From NCBI GenBank assembly GCA_965222895.1, contig CBDCVB010000002.1, positions 798,037 through 862,036 of the forward strand: DNA of 64,000 nt, given 5' to 3'. This document shows, in pieces, positions 36,827 through 45,881 of the stretch. Position numbers and translations under genes: made by a program. The notes beneath the pieces were generated by a model. It had not been told where the DNA came from, searched no databases, and saw only the letters and a program-made list of their open reading frames with translations. The stretch comes from Dehalococcoidia bacterium. Its GTDB lineage: Bacteria; Chloroflexota; Dehalococcoidia; Lucifugimonadales; UBA3495. Each line of letters starts with the position of its first letter. Position 1 is the stretch's first letter.

Positions 36827-37345
36827 ATGCACGCGGCCCTGTTCATTCTGGTAACGGTGTTCACGCTGGGCGGCGCCATCGGAGTGGTGGTAACCCGCAA
36901 CGTGGTTCATGCGGCGCTATTCCTGTTGCTTTCGCTGCTCGGCGCGGCCGGAGTGTATCTGCTGCTTTTCGCTGAGTTTCTGGCGTTGGTGCAGGTGCTG
37001 ATTTACGGTGGCGCCATCACTATCGTGGTGCTGTTTGCCGTGATGCTAACCCGCTCGTCGGAGTACCCGCACATCAGCGACAACCGGCAATGGCCGCTGG
37101 CGTTGCTGGTGGCGGTGGCGGTGGCGGTGGCGTTAGGCGCCGCGTTCTGGCTGGGGCCGCAACCGGATTCGCAACCGCAGGCTCCGGAGTTCACCGGGCT
37201 GGCGGCGTCGCTCTTCACCAAGTGGGCCCTGCCCTTCGAGATAGCCTCTCTGGTGCTGCTGGTGGCGTTGATCGGAGCCATCATCATCGCCCGGACGCAG
37301 GCATCGACGGTTGGCAGTGATAGCGCGCAGGACGGCGAACTGTAG
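36827..37345 (+). CDS. nuoJ: NADH-quinone oxidoreductase subunit J
   Basis: Motif: VTRNVVHAALFLLLSLLGAAGVYLLLFAEFLALVQVLIYGGAI. The ATG at 36827 is used. Confidence 0.9.
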   Translation: MHAALFILVTVFTLGGAIGVVVTRNVVHAALFLLLSLLGAAGVYLLLFAEFLALVQVLIYGGAITIVVLFAVMLTRSSEYPHISDNRQWPLALLVAVAVAVALGAAFWLGPQPDSQPQAPEFTGLAASLFTKWALPFEIASLVLLVALIGAIIIARTQASTVGSDSAQDGEL

Positions 37346-37352
37346 TCTGATT

Positions 37353-37673
37353 ATGGTGCCGCTGCTGTACTTTCAACTGTTGGGCGCCAGTCTGTTCGGG
37401 ATTGGTTTGTACGGCGTGCTGGCCCGGCGCAGCGCCGTGCTGATTGTCCTCTCAATTGAGTTGATGCTGAACGCGGTGAATATCAACCTGATTGCAGCCG
37501 CATCGTATCTGAACGGCAGCGGGCGTTTTGAGGCTTTCGACGGGCAGATCATCGCCATCTTCGTGATTACCGTGGCGGCGGCCGAGGTGGGCCTGGCGTT
37601 CGCCATCATATTGCGTATGTACCGGAATCGAGGCACCGTAAACATGGACGAAATCAACCTGCTGAAGGGATAA
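37353..37673 (+). CDS. nuoK: NADH-quinone oxidoreductase subunit K
   Basis: Motifs: LSIELMLNAVNINL, ITVAAAEVGLAFAI. The ATG at 37353 is used. Confidence 0.92.
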   Translation: MVPLLYFQLLGASLFGIGLYGVLARRSAVLIVLSIELMLNAVNINLIAAASYLNGSGRFEAFDGQIIAIFVITVAAAEVGLAFAIILRMYRNRGTVNMDEINLLKG

Positions 37674-37758
37674 CAACCCAAACCGATAACCATAACCGAT
37701 AACCCAAACTGATAACCATGACAATGATAATCAGAACATTAATACTGATAATGAAACA

Positions 37759-39696
37759 ATGACCCTCGCGTTCCTCATACCCGTACTTTCCTTCGTGGCG
37801 TGTCCGCTGATTATTTTGTTTCAGCGCTGGCTGCCGATGCGAGGTGCGCCGGTGGCGATACTGGCAATCGGCGGCGGGTTCGTCATTTGGGTGGTGGTGC
37901 TTGCGGCATTCCTGGGAGCCAGCCCGGCTGACACTGCCTGCGCCATCAACTCGATTACCGGCGCGCTGACCTGTCATTTCAGCACCACCTGGTTTGAGGC
38001 CGGCATCCCCGGCGCGCTGGAGTCGGTGGACCAGGCAATCCACCTGGACTGGGGAATCCTGATTGATCCCCTGACTGTGGTGTTGCTGGGTCTGATTACC
38101 TTTGTGGCGCTGGGCGTTCAGCTTTATTCGCTGGAATACATGAAGGGCGACGCCCGTTTCGGCTGGTATTTTGCCTGGCAGGCCCTGTTCGTGGCGGCCA
38201 TGCTGACGCTGGCGTTGGCCGACAATTTCCTGCTGCTGTACATCGCGTGGGAGCTGGTGGGCCTGTGTTCATACCTGCTGATTGGATTCTGGTTCGAGAA
38301 CCCGGGGCCGCGGGAAGCGGCCAAGAAAGCCTTTGTGGTGACCCGCATCGGCGACGTGGGCCTGCTGGTGGGCATCCTGCTGCTGTGGGTCAACGTGGGT
38401 AGTTTCAGTATGTCCGAGGCGTTCGAGGCGGCGCAGTCGGGCGCGCTGAGCAGTGGGGTTACCACGGCGGCGGCGATTCTGCTGCTACTAGGCGCGATGG
38501 GCAAATCCGCGCAGTTCCCTTTCCACGTCTGGCTGCCCGACGCAATGGAAGGCCCCACCCCGGTGAGCGCGCTAATCCACGCTGCCACGATGGTTATCGC
38601 CGGCGTGTATCTGGTGGCCCGCGCCTACCCAATTTTTGCGGCGTCTCCCGAAGCATTGCTGGTTATTGCCATCGTTGGACTGATTACCGCCCTGGGCGCG
38701 GCAACCATCGCCCTGGTATCCACCGACCTGAAGCGGATTCTGGCGTACTCAACCATTTCGCATCTGGGCCTGATGATGCTGTCGCTGGGAGCGTTGGGCT
38801 GGACGGCGGCAGTGTTTCACCTGATGGCCCACGGCTTCGCCAAGGCGCTGCTCTTTTTGGGCGCCGGCAGCGTGATGCACGGCGTGGGAGCGCACGGCGA
38901 CGTTGACATTCGCCGGGTAGGTGGCCTGCGGCGCGCGATGCCGTTGACGGCGGTGGTGTTCTCCATTGGCGCGCTTTCGCTGGGCGGAATACCGGTGCTG
39001 GCGGGTTTCTGGAGCAAGGACGAAATTCTGCTGGCGGTGGCCGGCAACCTTCCCATCGTGTTCATCGTCCTGACGCTGCTGACCGTGGGCCTGAGCGCCC
39101 TGTACATGGCGCGGGCAATGTTCGTCGTGTTCTTCGGGCCGGAAGGGGAGGACAGCGCCCACGCCCACGAATCGCCCCTGCTGATGGTTGGTGTGATGTC
39201 GGCGCTGGCCGTGCTGGCAATCGGGTTCGGCTGGATTGCCTTCGACTGGCCGGGTGAGTTCGGCGGCTTTGGCAGCTTCGTTTTCTACGGCCACGCCGAG
39301 GGGTTCCATTTCAATATCCTGCTGGCAGCGCTGTCCATCGTCCTCGCCGTCGGCGCTTTCGCGGCGGCGTGGTTGGTGTACGTGCGCCGTTCCGTATCGA
39401 TTGAATCGTGGCGAACCCGCCTGCGTCCCGTGCTGCGGGTGGTAGAGAGCCGGTATTACGTCGACGAAACCTACCAATGGGTGATCGACCGGGTGGTGTT
39501 GGTAGTGTCGTCAAAGCTGGCAACTTTCGACCGCGCCGGCGTCAACGACGTGGGCGTCAACGGGCCGGGGCACGTGGTTCGCAAGGCCGGTTTTGCGCTG
39601 CGGTTGCACGTAACAGGGCATGTGTCGGTCTACGCGCTGGCGGTCGCGCTGGGCGTGGTCGGCCTGGCCGTGTTCTGGTGGTTGCGGTCGGCGTAG
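37759..39696 (+). CDS. nuoL: NADH-quinone oxidoreductase subunit L
   Basis: Antiporter-like subunit with WELVGLCSYLLIGFW and KSAQFPFHVWLPDAMEGPTPVSALIHAATMV. Confidence 0.95.
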   Translation: MTLAFLIPVLSFVACPLIILFQRWLPMRGAPVAILAIGGGFVIWVVVLAAFLGASPADTACAINSITGALTCHFSTTWFEAGIPGALESVDQAIHLDWGILIDPLTVVLLGLITFVALGVQLYSLEYMKGDARFGWYFAWQALFVAAMLTLALADNFLLLYIAWELVGLCSYLLIGFWFENPGPREAAKKAFVVTRIGDVGLLVGILLLWVNVGSFSMSEAFEAAQSGALSSGVTTAAAILLLLGAMGKSAQFPFHVWLPDAMEGPTPVSALIHAATMVIAGVYLVARAYPIFAASPEALLVIAIVGLITALGAATIALVSTDLKRILAYSTISHLGLMMLSLGALGWTAAVFHLMAHGFAKALLFLGAGSVMHGVGAHGDVDIRRVGGLRRAMPLTAVVFSIGALSLGGIPVLAGFWSKDEILLAVAGNLPIVFIVLTLLTVGLSALYMARAMFVVFFGPEGEDSAHAHESPLLMVGVMSALAVLAIGFGWIAFDWPGEFGGFGSFVFYGHAEGFHFNILLAALSIVLAVGAFAAAWLVYVRRSVSIESWRTRLRPVLRVVESRYYVDETYQWVIDRVVLVVSSKLATFDRAGVNDVGVNGPGHVVRKAGFALRLHVTGHVSVYALAVALGVVGLAVFWWLRSA

Positions 39697-39720
39697 CCGG
39701 CGGATTGATGCGTTTCGGAC

Positions 39721-41235
39721 ATGGTTAACTTCGATCAGGTATCACTTCTATTGCTGGTGCTCGTGCCATTGGCCGGCGCGGCGCTGGCGATGTTTCTGCC
39801 CAAAGACCGTCCCCGCGACGCCTGGCAGTTCGCAATTTTCATCGCTGTAATCTCGCTGGCATTATCCATCGCCATCTTCATCCGATATGACTACGGCATG
39901 GGCGGCGTCCAGTTCGCGCGGGAATACGCCTGGATTGGTCACCCCATCAACATCAGCCTGGACTTTGGGTTGAATGGCATCGGCGCACCGCTGGTGTTGC
40001 TAAATGGCATCGTATTGATGGGCGCCGTGCTGATTAGCCAGACCATTCAGCGGCGCACCCGTGACTTCTTCGTTCTGCTGTTGGCATTGGGAGCCGGGGT
40101 TTATGGCGTCTTTATCGTGCGCGACCTGTTCTTCCTATTCTTCTTCTACGAACTGGCGGTACTGCCGATGTATCTGCTCGTGGGCGTTTGGGGCAGCAGC
40201 ACCGATTTCACGTCGTTCTTGAGGACGAAAGAGTACGGCGCGATGAAGCTGATGCTGGTGCTGGTGGGCGGCAGCGTGCTCATCTGGATTGGCATACTGG
40301 CCGCCTACGTTGCCTCGTCCCAGGCCGGCTCGCCCACCTTCAATATTGACGAATTGGTGCAGCTGCAGCAGGCCGGCGCCTTTTCCCGCTCCATGCAGTT
40401 GTGGGTGTTCCCGATGTTCGCCGTCGGGTTCGGCATACTGGCCGGTTTGTGGCCCTTCCACACCTGGTCGCCCGACGGCCACGTGGCGGCGCCCACGGGA
40501 GTCAGTATGCTGCACGCCGGCGTACTGATGAAGCTGGGGGCGTTCGGCATCATACAGGTGGGCATGGCGCTAACCCCGGAGGGAGCGGAAGTCTGGATGC
40601 CGGTTCTCATTGGGCTGGGCACCGTGAACGTAATCTACGGGGCAATTTCCGCGATGTCGCAGACCGACCTGAAGTACGTCATCGGCTACTCCAGCGTGAG
40701 TCACATGGGCTATGTTCTGATGGGCATTGCGACGCTGCACCCGGTGGGACTGGCCGGAGCGGTGTTGCAGATGTTCTCCCACGGCATAATGACGGCCCTG
40801 ATGTTCGCCATGGTGGGCGCCATCTACGAGCGTGCCCACATTCGGGATTCCATGATTCTGAACGGCCTGATTAAGCGCATGGGCGTAACTACGTTCCTCT
40901 TCGCGGCGGCCGGCCTGGCGTCGCTGGGGCTGCCGGGCATGAGCGGGTTCATCGCCGAGTTCATGGTGTTTACGGGAGCGTTTCGCACCTACTGGCCGCT
41001 GGCGGTTTTGGGAGTCATCGGGGCGGCAATCACGGCGGTCTACATCCTGAGGCTGCTGGCCCGCTCCTTCTTCGGTGAGGCCGACCCGCAGTGGGAGAAT
41101 CTTACCGATGCCAGCACGGTGGAAAAAGGAGTCGGCACGGCGTTCGTCCTGATCCTGATTGCGGTGGGCATTTGGCCGTCTCCCCTGCTACGCGTCATCA
41201 ATACCGGCGTCGAAGGCGCGCTGGCGGCGTTTTAG
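39721..41235 (+). CDS. nuoM: NADH-quinone oxidoreductase subunit M
   Basis: Motifs: FFFYELAVLPMYLLVGVWG, HTWSPDGHVAAPTGVSMLHAGVLMKLG. Confidence 0.95.
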   Translation: MVNFDQVSLLLLVLVPLAGAALAMFLPKDRPRDAWQFAIFIAVISLALSIAIFIRYDYGMGGVQFAREYAWIGHPINISLDFGLNGIGAPLVLLNGIVLMGAVLISQTIQRRTRDFFVLLLALGAGVYGVFIVRDLFFLFFFYELAVLPMYLLVGVWGSSTDFTSFLRTKEYGAMKLMLVLVGGSVLIWIGILAAYVASSQAGSPTFNIDELVQLQQAGAFSRSMQLWVFPMFAVGFGILAGLWPFHTWSPDGHVAAPTGVSMLHAGVLMKLGAFGIIQVGMALTPEGAEVWMPVLIGLGTVNVIYGAISAMSQTDLKYVIGYSSVSHMGYVLMGIATLHPVGLAGAVLQMFSHGIMTALMFAMVGAIYERAHIRDSMILNGLIKRMGVTTFLFAAAGLASLGLPGMSGFIAEFMVFTGAFRTYWPLAVLGVIGAAITAVYILRLLARSFFGEADPQWENLTDASTVEKGVGTAFVLILIAVGIWPSPLLRVINTGVEGALAAF

Positions 41236-41247
41236 GATGCTGGGCTG

Positions 41248-42798
41248 ATGGCAACCGGACTGACCACCAATCTGCTGCTGCTGACGCCGGAGTTCGTGCT
41301 GACGGCGCTGGCGTTCCTCGTGTTCACCGTAGACCTGTTCCTGCCGGAACGCAGCAAGGAGTGGCTGGCCGGGCTGTCGGTGGTTGGGCTGGTGGCCGTC
41401 ATTGTCATTTCGCTATTCATGCTGCCCGGACGCACTGCGGAGCTGTACGGCGGGTTGATGGTGGTGGACGGGTTCGGTCTGTTTTTCAAGATATTTTTCC
41501 TGGGCATTGGAATTGCCATCATCGCCCTGTCGGTTGAGTACGGTCGGGACCGGTTGCAGCATCGCGGCGAGTTTTACGGCCTGCTGCTGTTTTCCATCCT
41601 GGGCATGAACCTGATGGCGATGTCCCGGGAACTGCTGACCGCCTACATCTCGCTGGAACTGCTGTCGTTCAGCCTCTACGTGCTGGTGGCCTATGGGTTG
41701 CGGGAGGCGCGTTCCAACGAGGCGGGCATCAAGTACATCATCATCGGTGCGCTGTCATCGGCGGTGATGCTGTACGGATTGAGCAACGTGTACGCGGCGT
41801 TGGGCACCACATATTTCGCCGACATCGCAATCGAACTGGCATCCCCGGAGACGGTCAGCCCGGTGCTCTGGATTGGCGTGGCGTTGCTGGTGGTGGGGTT
41901 GGGGTTCAAGCTATCGGCGGTTCCGTTCCATATGTGGGCGCCGGATACCTACGAGGGCGCGCCGCTGCCGGTTACGGCTTATCTCGCCATCGGCTCCAAG
42001 GCGGCGGCCTTTGCGCTCACCTTGCGCCTGTTTGCCGAAGCGGTGACGCCGGCAACCGACCGGTGGGGCGAATGGCAGCTGGTAATCGCGATACTGGCCG
42101 CGCTGACCATGTTGTTGGGCAACCTGGTGGCGCTGGCGCAAAGCAATCTGAAACGCCTGATGGCCTACAGCAGCATCGCACACGTTGGCTATGCACTGGC
42201 CGGTGTGGCGGTATTGGGCAGCGATTTTGCGCTGGCGGCCAAAGCCGTGATTTTCTACCTGGTGGTGTACGCCGTAACGAACCTGGTGGTGTTCGCGGGA
42301 ATTACCGCTTACTACAACCGCGAGGGCAAGGATGACATCGCCGACCTGGGCGGGCTGGCCGACCGGCAACCCTTCGTGGCTGCCGTCATTGCCATCGGCC
42401 TGTTCTCGCTGGCCGGGTTGCCGATTTTCGCCGGGTTTACCGCCAAGTTCTACCTGTTTGCAGCGGTGGCCGACGGCGGGTTCCTGTGGCTGGCGGGGGT
42501 TGCCGTATTCAGCAGCCTGGTTTCTTTGTATTACTACCTCCAGGTTCTGCGCCAAATGTACATCGAGCCGGCGCGCCGCGATCCCGATGCCGACGACGAA
42601 TCGGGCGTCGGGCATCCCCCGGCAGCTCACGGCCACGACCAGCAAGGGGAAGCGCCCCCGCCCCTGCAACGCCCGTCAATTCTGCTGACGGCCACCATGG
42701 CGGTGGGCGTCCTGGTAGTTACCTGGTTAGGAGTCTACCCGGCTCCCCTGCTGGCGCTAATTGAGACGGCCAGCTCTGCCATTCTGCCGTTGGGGTAA
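41248..42798 (+). CDS. nuoN: NADH-quinone oxidoreductase subunit N
   Basis: Motifs: YISLELLSFSLYVL, KLSAVPFHMWAPDTYEGAP. It carries an unusual acidic/Pro-rich insertion near the C-terminus (ARRDPDADDESGVGHPPAAHGHDQQGEAPPP). Confidence 0.93.
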   Translation: MATGLTTNLLLLTPEFVLTALAFLVFTVDLFLPERSKEWLAGLSVVGLVAVIVISLFMLPGRTAELYGGLMVVDGFGLFFKIFFLGIGIAIIALSVEYGRDRLQHRGEFYGLLLFSILGMNLMAMSRELLTAYISLELLSFSLYVLVAYGLREARSNEAGIKYIIIGALSSAVMLYGLSNVYAALGTTYFADIAIELASPETVSPVLWIGVALLVVGLGFKLSAVPFHMWAPDTYEGAPLPVTAYLAIGSKAAAFALTLRLFAEAVTPATDRWGEWQLVIAILAALTMLLGNLVALAQSNLKRLMAYSSIAHVGYALAGVAVLGSDFALAAKAVIFYLVVYAVTNLVVFAGITAYYNREGKDDIADLGGLADRQPFVAAVIAIGLFSLAGLPIFAGFTAKFYLFAAVADGGFLWLAGVAVFSSLVSLYYYLQVLRQMYIEPARRDPDADDESGVGHPPAAHGHDQQGEAPPPLQRPSILLTATMAVGVLVVTWLGVYPAPLLALIETASSAILPLG

Positions 42799-42848
42799 TC
42801 CAGAGGGACGATACGAGCGTACACATCCCGATTTAGAGGAGGACAGCG

Positions 42849-43379
42849 ATGATAATCGCCGTGATTGGCAACTTTGACCCGCCGCCGCATATTTATGCTT
42901 TGGCCGAAGAGGTGGGCCGGGAATTGGGACGGCGCGGGGTTCCAGTGGTGTGCGGCGGCTTGACCGGGGTGATGGAGGCGGTGTGCAAGGGCGCGAAGTC
43001 AGAGGGTGGCACCACCATTGGCATACTGCCCGGCGGTTCCCCGGATACAGCCAACGCTTTCGTTGACATCCCGATTGCCACCAATATGGGATACGCCCGG
43101 AACGTGGCCGTGGTCAGCACCGGCCGCTCTGTCATCGCGGTGGGCGGCGCATTCGGAACGCTTTCGGAAATCGCTTACGCCCTGAGCTACGGGATTCCGG
43201 TGGTTGCCCTGAGCAGCTGGCCTTTAACGGTGCGGGGCGACGGGCTGCCCGTGGGCGACCAGTACGTGCTGGCCGATGACCCGGCGGACGCCGTGGATAA
43301 GGCGATTGCCGCCGCTGAGGCCCGCACCGGGGAAACGGTGTCGGTGGCCTTTTCGGAACCTATTGTGAGAGGTGCATAA
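42849..43379 (+). CDS. TIGR00725 / LOG-like (SLOG superfamily) Rossmann protein
   Basis: Motifs: IIAVIG.., [17 protein letters not shown]...[23 protein letters not shown]. Confidence 0.75.
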   Translation: MIIAVIGNFDPPPHIYALAEEVGRELGRRGVPVVCGGLTGVMEAVCKGAKSEGGTTIGILPGGSPDTANAFVDIPIATNMGYARNVAVVSTGRSVIAVGGAFGTLSEIAYALSYGIPVVALSSWPLTVRGDGLPVGDQYVLADDPADAVDKAIAAAEARTGETVSVAFSEPIVRGA

Positions 43380-44701
43380 TGCCCGACGCTACTATCACGT
43401 CCATCGTGGGCCGGGAAGCGCTTGATTCTCGCGGCAACCCAACCGTAGAGGCCGAAGTCGCGCTGAGCGACGGCAGCGTCGGCCTGGCGCTGGTGCCATC
43501 CGGAGCGAGCACCGGCAGCTATGAAGCGTTGGAACTACGCGACGGCGACTCGGCCCGATTCGGCGGCAGCGGGACGCTGAACGCCGTCGCCAACATCAGT
43601 GGTCGCATCGCCCCCGCCCTGCTCGGCGCATCCCCGTTTGACCAGTCTGCGCTGGACACGCAGTTGCAGGAGCTGGACGGCACCAACGACAAGAGTGGCC
43701 TGGGCGCCAACGCCGTGCTCGCCGTGTCGATGGCCGCGGCGCGAGCGGCGGCGGTTTCTGCGTCCGGCGGCTCGTTGTGGCGGCACCTGTCCAACGGCGG
43801 CCCGGACTCTTTACCGGAGGTGAGCCTGCCGGTGCCTCTGCTGAACATTCTCAATGGCGGGCGCCACGCCTCAAACTCCGCCGATGTTCAGGAGTTTATG
43901 GTGGCGCCGGCCGGGTTCGACCGGTTCTCCGATGCACTGCGCGCCGGTGTTGAGATTTACCAGTCGCTCAAATCCATACTGCGCGCCGGCGGACACAACC
44001 TGAATGTTGGCGACGAGGGCGGGTTTGCGCCGACCCTGCCGTCAAACCGGGATGCCATCGAGGTGGTGCTGCAGGCGATTGACACCGCCGGGTACACGCC
44101 AGGTAAACAGGTGTACATTGCGCTGGACGTTGCCGCATCCGAGCTGTGGAATTCTGGGACATCTCGGTATGACCTGGAACGGGAAGGCACCTCGCTGACC
44201 GCTGAGCAGCTGGTGGATTTGTACGCCCGCTGGTGCCGCGAATATCCCATCATCAGCATTGAGGACGGATTGTTCGAGGATGACTGGGATGGTTGGGCCA
44301 CGCTGACGCGGCGGTTGGGTTCCGAGGTGCAGTTGGTGGGAGATGACCTGCTGGTAACCAACATCGCCCGCCTGCGCCAGGGCATCGACGCTGGCGCCGC
44401 CAATTCCATCCTGCTGAAGCCCAACCAGATTGGCACGCTGTCGGAAACCGCCCAGGCGCTGGCCATGGCCCGTGAGGCCGGCTGGACTGCCGTGATGAGC
44501 CACCGTTCCGGAGAGACGGAAGACACCACCATCGCCGACCTGGCAGTGGCTTGGGACGTGGGCCAGATTAAAACCGGAGCGCCGGCCCGGTCAGAGCGCG
44601 TTGCCAAGTACAACCGACTGTTGCGGATTGAGGCAGAGTTGGGCGCAAACGCTCGCTACTCCGGCATATCGGTGTACGGGCGATTGGGGGCGGCGGTGTA
44701 A
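43379..44701 (+). CDS. eno: Enolase
   Basis: Motifs: [49 protein letters not shown]. Confidence 0.97.
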   Translation: MPDATITSIVGREALDSRGNPTVEAEVALSDGSVGLALVPSGASTGSYEALELRDGDSARFGGSGTLNAVANISGRIAPALLGASPFDQSALDTQLQELDGTNDKSGLGANAVLAVSMAAARAAAVSASGGSLWRHLSNGGPDSLPEVSLPVPLLNILNGGRHASNSADVQEFMVAPAGFDRFSDALRAGVEIYQSLKSILRAGGHNLNVGDEGGFAPTLPSNRDAIEVVLQAIDTAGYTPGKQVYIALDVAASELWNSGTSRYDLEREGTSLTAEQLVDLYARWCREYPIISIEDGLFEDDWDGWATLTRRLGSEVQLVGDDLLVTNIARLRQGIDAGAANSILLKPNQIGTLSETAQALAMAREAGWTAVMSHRSGETEDTTIADLAVAWDVGQIKTGAPARSERVAKYNRLLRIEAELGANARYSGISVYGRLGAAV

Positions 44702-44741
44702 CGCCGAAGTTAACGAATTGTGCCCACGCGGGCTTGCTGGA

Positions 44742-44750
44742 TGATATAAT
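44742..44750 (+). promoter_or_regulatory. Possible extended -10 promoter element upstream of gap
   Basis: TGaTATAAT lies about 110 nt upstream of the gap ATG. No convincing -35 was seen. Confidence 0.25.
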
Positions 44751-44861
44751 CGCCGTCGCCGGGGGTGTGAAATTAATGGATTGACCCGGCGCTGGGGCAG
44801 TGCGTAAATCGCGCCGTTTCGCCTGTCACAACAAACACTACTGACGGGAGGGCACATCGGT

Positions 44862-45881
44862 ATGGTGACGCGCATAGGCATTAATGGCTTTGGCCGCATC
44901 GGTCGATTGGTGGCTCGGGCCGCCCTGTCTCCCACCTACCATGATCGGCTTGACCTGGTAGCGGTCAACGGTCGCGGTGAAACGGAAACTGCCGCCCACC
45001 TGTTCAAATACGACAGTACCTATGGGCCATACGCCGGCACGGTGGCCGCCGACAATGGGAATCTGGTTATCGACGGCAAAACCATCCGAATGTTCCAGGA
45101 GTCTGAACCGGCCAACATTCCCTGGTCGGAAATGGACGTTGACATCGTGGTGGAATGCACCGGGCGCTTCACCGACGCGGCCAAGGCCGTCGCCCATATC
45201 GAGAGCGGTGGCGCCGATAAGGTCATCATCTCGGCGCCGGCCCGCGGCGCTGACGCCACCATCGTGCTCGGCGTGAACGATGAAGTGTACGACGGGCAGG
45301 CCCATCGCGTCATATCCAACGCGTCCTGCACCACCAACTGCTTTGCGCCGATGGTCAAGGTGTTGCACGATGCGTTCGGTGTGGAGCGGGGGCTGATGTC
45401 GACCATTCACGCTTACACCAACGACCAGAGCATTCTGGACCGCAATCATCGGGATTTGCGCCGCGCGCGCGCGGCAGCGCAGAACATTATTCCCACCAGC
45501 ACCGGCGCGGCCCGGTCGGTGGGAGTCGTGCTGCCGGAGCTGGAAGGCAAGCTGCACGGTATTGCCTACCGCATCCCCACATCCATTGGGTCAGTAACGG
45601 ATTTCGTGGCCGACCTGAAACAATCGGTCAGCAAGGAAGCAGTTAACGCCGCCTTCAGGGCTGCCGCTGACGGGGCCATGAAGGGCATCCTGGAATATAC
45701 GGAAGACCCCATTGTCAGCTCCGACATTCGGGGCAACACTCACAGCTGCATTTTTGACGCGTTGAGCACAATAGTGCTGGATGGCAGCATGGTGAAGGTG
45801 ATGGGTTGGTACGACAACGAGTGGGGTTATTCCTGTCGGACCGCTGACCTGTGTTGTGTGGTGGGCGGTCAGGGCGGCTGA
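44862..45881 (+). CDS. gap: Type I glyceraldehyde-3-phosphate dehydrogenase
   Basis: Motifs: INGFGRIGR, SNASCTTNC, WYDNEWGYS. Confidence 0.97.
   Translation: MVTRIGINGFGRIGRLVARAALSPTYHDRLDLVAVNGRGETETAAHLFKYDSTYGPYAGTVAADNGNLVIDGKTIRMFQESEPANIPWSEMDVDIVVECTGRFTDAAKAVAHIESGGADKVIISAPARGADATIVLGVNDEVYDGQAHRVISNASCTTNCFAPMVKVLHDAFGVERGLMSTIHAYTNDQSILDRNHRDLRRARAAAQNIIPTSTGAARSVGVVLPELEGKLHGIAYRIPTSIGSVTDFVADLKQSVSKEAVNAAFRAAADGAMKGILEYTEDPIVSSDIRGNTHSCIFDALSTIVLDGSMVKVMGWYDNEWGYSCRTADLCCVVGGQGG

Noticed and set aside
37674-37758. A possible CRISPR or minisatellite interpretation of the GATAA repeats.
   Set aside because: The units are only ~9-13 nt, irregular, and not separated by unique spacers. 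No CRISPR array exists anywhere in the window.
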